From the IMG/VR virus record IMGVR_UViG_3300022179_001077, positions 1-37,052 of that record: DNA of 37,052 nucleotides, one strand, 5' to 3'. Numbering within the stretch: position 1 is the stretch's first letter; each line of letters starts with the position of its first letter. Under the pieces are notes generated by a model. That model did not search any database. It was given only the letters and a program-made list of their open reading frames with translations, and was not told where the DNA came from. Below are positions 33,879 through 37,052 of this stretch, piece by piece. Made by a program: the position numbers and the translations under genes. The DNA comes from a virus. Its lineage: Duplodnaviria > Caudoviricetes.

Positions 33879-34039
33879 AAAAGCCAACCAAAGCCCAAAA
33901 GAAGGTCCGTAAGGTAATGAAGGAGTTCAAGTCAGGAACTCTCCATTCCGGCAAGAAGGGACCTGTGGTAAAGAACAGGAAGCAGGCTATTGCCATCGCT
34001 TTGTCCGAAGCGGGGGTCGCCAAGAAGCGAGGTAAATAA
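33875..34039 (+). CDS. DUF6496-like 54-aa basic protein (not in ORF track)
   Basis: KVRKVMKEFKSGTLHSG...V.NRKQAIAIALSEA. Confidence 0.75.
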   Translation: MKKPTKAQKKVRKVMKEFKSGTLHSGKKGPVVKNRKQAIAIALSEAGVAKKRGK

Positions 34040-34743
34040 TGGCTCTCTCCGGCACGAAGACATTTGAACTCGATGTTGCAGACTATATCGAAGAGGCCTT
34101 CGAGCGTTGCGGCATTGAGATTCGCACAGGTTACGATCAGCGCACGGCGCGTCGCAGCCTCAACCTTCTTCTTGCCGAGTGGGCCAACCGCGGCCTGAAC
34201 CAGTGGACCATTGAGAAAGAGACCATTACGGTCAGCCCGACGGGCGGGGTGGGTAACGGCGGCGTCAGCTACACGCTGTCTAACTCCACCATCGACATCA
34301 TCTCAGCCATCGTCCGCAACCAAGACGGCGTCGGCACCTCTTCGCAGGCAGACCTCACCATCGACCGAGTCAGCCGCGAATACTATCTGAACATCCCGAA
34401 CAAGCTGACACAGGGACGCCCCGTTCAGTATTTTGTGGACCGCCAGATCACTCCCGTCTTGTATGTTTGGCCAAAACCCAACGAGATCTACTACGTCATC
34501 GTGGACAAGCTCGTTCGCATGGACGATGCTGGCGCTGGTGTGAATACCCTTCAGGTCCCCTTCCGCTTCTACCCCTGCCTCGCTGCGGGCTTGGCCTACT
34601 ACATCGCCATGAAGAAGGCCCCGGAGCGTGTTCAGCTTTTGAAGGCCGTCTATGAGGAAGAGTTCGAACGAGCTGCCGGTGAAGACCGCGACCGCGCTTC
34701 TTTGACGCTGGCACCAGTCCAGAACTTCTATCGGGTGGTCTAA
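34039..34743 (+). CDS. Head-tail adaptor / tail tubular protein
   Basis: IEEAFERCG, ARRSLNLL..EWANRG, GRP.Q, VWP.P, F.P.LAAGLAYY. Confidence 0.7.
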   Translation: MALSGTKTFELDVADYIEEAFERCGIEIRTGYDQRTARRSLNLLLAEWANRGLNQWTIEKETITVSPTGGVGNGGVSYTLSNSTIDIISAIVRNQDGVGTSSQADLTIDRVSREYYLNIPNKLTQGRPVQYFVDRQITPVLYVWPKPNEIYYVIVDKLVRMDDAGAGVNTLQVPFRFYPCLAAGLAYYIAMKKAPERVQLLKAVYEEEFERAAGEDRDRASLTLAPVQNFYRVV

Positions 34744-34744
34744 T

Positions 34745-35056
34745 ATGGCGCGTCATGCCACAGGCTTTCAGTCAGAAGCCATCTGCGACCGCTGTGGGCA
34801 GATGTATTACTACACGCAACTGAAGCGTGAGTGGCAGGGCTTGAGGACGTGTCCGGAGTGCTGGGAAGCCAAGCACCCGCAGCTTGATCCGATCTACCCT
34901 CCGACAGAACCACAGGCCTTGGCGAACCCACGGCCTGACCGCATTGAACCTATGGATGTCCCGGTTGGTCAGCAGATCTTCCCCTTCATCCAGAATATCT
35001 CTACCCAAGGGGTCACAAGCGTTGGTATTGTGACCATTGTAATTGGGGGACCGTGA
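34745..35056 (+). CDS. CxxC...CxxC Zn-ribbon structural-region protein
   Basis: ICDRCG...EW.G...CPECWE.KHPQL. Confidence 0.7.
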   Translation: MARHATGFQSEAICDRCGQMYYYTQLKREWQGLRTCPECWEAKHPQLDPIYPPTEPQALANPRPDRIEPMDVPVGQQIFPFIQNISTQGVTSVGIVTIVIGGP

Positions 35057-35691
35057 TGGCTTGGACATACGCAACACTGGTGCAGGCGATCAAAGACTGG
35101 ACCGAGTACGACGAGACGACGTTCAATCAGAACATCAACACCTTCATTCGCAACTGCGAAGAGCGCATCCTTTACGCTGCGCAGATGGAGGTGTTCCGTA
35201 AGAACGTCAGCGGGTCTTGCTCGGCCAGCAATCAATATCTTGCCGCCCCCAGCGACTTCCTGTCCCCGTACAGTCTGTCGGTTACCGTCAGCGGCTCGAA
35301 GGTCTTTCTGCTGAACAAGGATGTGGAATACGTTCAGGAGTACAATCCTTCCGGCGCGACGGGTGTTCCAAAGTATTACGCCCTGTTTGACGTGGACAAC
35401 TTCTTGTTGGCCCCCATCCCAGCTTCAAGTTATGCGGCGGAGCTACACTACTACTATCGCCCGGCGTCAATTGTTGACGCGGGCACATCATGGCTTGGCA
35501 CTTATGCCGAAGAAGCCATGCTCTATGGCAGCTTGTCTGAGGCCAACACCTACATGAAGGGTGAGGCTGACTTGCAGCAGAAGTACGAAAACCGTTTCCT
35601 CGAATCCGTCAGCCGTCTGAAGAACCTCGGTGAAGGCCGTGAGAACATCGACGCCTACCGTGACGGGCTCACAAGAGTGAAGGCGAACTGA
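35053..35691 (+). CDS. Putative adaptor/tail protein
   Basis: TY..L..AI.D, E.RI, G.PKYYA, LAP.P, LYGSL.EA..YMKG. Confidence 0.65.
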   Translation: MMAWTYATLVQAIKDWTEYDETTFNQNINTFIRNCEERILYAAQMEVFRKNVSGSCSASNQYLAAPSDFLSPYSLSVTVSGSKVFLLNKDVEYVQEYNPSGATGVPKYYALFDVDNFLLAPIPASSYAAELHYYYRPASIVDAGTSWLGTYAEEAMLYGSLSEANTYMKGEADLQQKYENRFLESVSRLKNLGEGRENIDAYRDGLTRVKAN

Positions 35692-35984
35692 TGTCTTGGG
35701 TCGATCCGGGTCAGGCAACTGTCATGAAGGTGGATGTGGCGGCCACCTCAAACGGCGGCCACCCTCCTGAGTTCTGGGCTAAACGCTGTGTAGAGCGTTT
35801 GATTCAGGTCTCTGACACAGCCCCTCCCGCGATCCGGGAACAGGCTCTGGCCTTTCGGGACCAGATGGAGCACGTCGTATTGTTTCACATGAAACGTGCT
35901 ATACAAAGCGACAGGACAACCGTTGGTCACGCCGTGACCGAGGCAGGACAACCTAAACTGGCCGAACTCCTAAGGAGGCTGTGA
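35691..35984 (+). CDS. Conserved hypothetical protein
   Basis: T.NGGH.PE.WA...AP.AIREQA.AF...AI.SDRTT. Confidence 0.65.
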   Translation: MSWVDPGQATVMKVDVAATSNGGHPPEFWAKRCVERLIQVSDTAPPAIREQALAFRDQMEHVVLFHMKRAIQSDRTTVGHAVTEAGQPKLAELLRRL

Positions 35985-36436
35985 TGGCATTTACCGGTAA
36001 CTTTATGTGCACCTCCTTTAAGCAGCAACTGCTTGAGGGCGCTCACGATTTCCGTGCGTCTGGTGGCGACATCTTCTATATCGCTCTGTACACCAACAGC
36101 GCGTCCTTCACGGCCGCAACGACGGCCTATACGGCGACGGACGAGATCACCAACACCTCTGGCTCCGCCTACACGGCAGGTGGTGCGGCACTGTCCAACG
36201 TCAACCCGACGACCGGTGGCACGACGGCGTATACGGATTTTGCTGACGAGACGTGGTCGTCCGCGTCTTTCACGGCCCGTGGTGCGATGATCTATAACAG
36301 CACCCCGGCCCACACCTATACTAATCCGTCCGTTGTCATTCTTGACTTCGGTTCGGACAAGACGGCTTCGGCTGGCGACTTCACCGTCGTCTTCCCGACC
36401 GCCAACGCTACTGACGCCATTATCCGTATTGCGTGA
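35981..36436 (+). CDS. Putative tail structural protein
   Basis: CTSFK..LL.G.H.F...IALYT...YTAGG..L...TARGAMIYN...LDFG.DKT, with AGGAGG SD. Confidence 0.7.
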   Translation: MMAFTGNFMCTSFKQQLLEGAHDFRASGGDIFYIALYTNSASFTAATTAYTATDEITNTSGSAYTAGGAALSNVNPTTGGTTAYTDFADETWSSASFTARGAMIYNSTPAHTYTNPSVVILDFGSDKTASAGDFTVVFPTANATDAIIRIA

Positions 36437-36442
36437 TGAGCC

Positions 36443-37052
36443 GTGACAGATGCTGTCGTAGCCTTTGAAGGTTGGTCGCGTTCTGCTGGATGGGGTGAAC
36501 TCCCCTTCGGTCAGGGCGCGGTCACCATTGGGCTTGCGACAGGATCGGTAGGTTCCGTTGTCGTTTCTCTGAATGTTCAGGCAGACGTCACAGGAATTGC
36601 CGCAACGGGGGCTGTCGGTACGGTCACCGTTGAAGCAGACGCCAACTGCCTCGTTAGTGGACTCCTAGCCACGGGGGCAGTTGGCACTGCTTCGGTCTCA
36701 GCCTCTATTCTTGTGCCTGTCACAGGCGTGTCTGCTACGGGCGAAGTTGGAACGGCGGCAGCCTTTGGCGGCGCTGCGGCACTCGTTACGGGTCTATCTG
36801 CCACGGGCGAAGTTGGATCTCTTTCCGTCGTCGGCACCGCCAATGTCTCAGTCACCGGGCAGGCTGCCACAGGACAAGTTGGAACGGTCACAACGCTGAC
36901 CGTGAACTATGTCGATGTGACGGGCGTTTCGGGCACAGGACAAGTTGGAACTGCAACAGCAAGTGCGGGAGCGAACGTCCTTGTTGCAGGCGTTTCCGCA
37001 ACAGGATATGTTGGACAGGTCCTTGTATGGGGTCAAATCACCCCCAACCAGT
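36443..37052 (+). CDS. Tail-associated protein with about 21-aa V(T/S)GxxATGxVG repeats (3'-truncated, not in ORF track)
   Basis: Open frame from GTG 36443 to the window end, reading GW...GWG then VTGIAATGAVG, VSGLLATGAVG, VTGVSATGEVG and further copies. Confidence 0.7.
   Translation, partial: MTDAVVAFEGWSRSAGWGELPFGQGAVTIGLATGSVGSVVVSLNVQADVTGIAATGAVGTVTVEADANCLVSGLLATGAVGTASVSASILVPVTGVSATGEVGTAAAFGGAAALVTGLSATGEVGSLSVVGTANVSVTGQAATGQVGTVTTLTVNYVDVTGVSGTGQVGTATASAGANVLVAGVSATGYVGQVLVWGQITPNQ

Noticed and set aside
1-37052. Integrase/att site, tRNA, reverse transcriptase/DGR, introns or inteins, stop-codon recoding
   Set aside because: None recognised. PolA, TerL, portal and MCP are uninterrupted and of normal size in the standard code.

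Overview
A 37-kb stretch of a tailed dsDNA phage (Caudoviricetes) genome. A GcrA-like gene and the promoter style suggest an alphaproteobacterial host. No integrase, tRNA, rRNA or CRISPR array was seen. Layout: (1) 1-5.5 kb, rightward replication module (SSB, AEP primase, UvrD-type helicase, Leu762-type PolA). (2) 5.5-12.4 kb, leftward accessory genes, including stand-alone DNA-binding domains resembling GcrA, DnaA domain IV and an OmpR/CtrA-type winged helix, plus an SLT, a 2OG-Fe(II) oxygenase and an SGNH hydrolase. (3) About 12.5-12.8 kb, an iteron-rich 66-bp inverted repeat around an AT-rich core (probable origin). (4) terS and a nuclease. (5) 14-16.9 kb, a leftward early-type cassette with sigma70-like promoters, terminators, seven copies of an 18-bp motif and a canonical type II hammerhead ribozyme between two genes. 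(6) 17.3-37 kb, rightward morphogenesis genes: terL, portal, polyvalent injected-type protein, 2OG oxygenase + DUF6817 + Cys-Gly/low-complexity protein, GroES, scaffold, MCP followed by a pseudoknotted RNA element, small basic proteins and adaptor/tail genes. All family assignments are from motif recognition by eye, not database searches.
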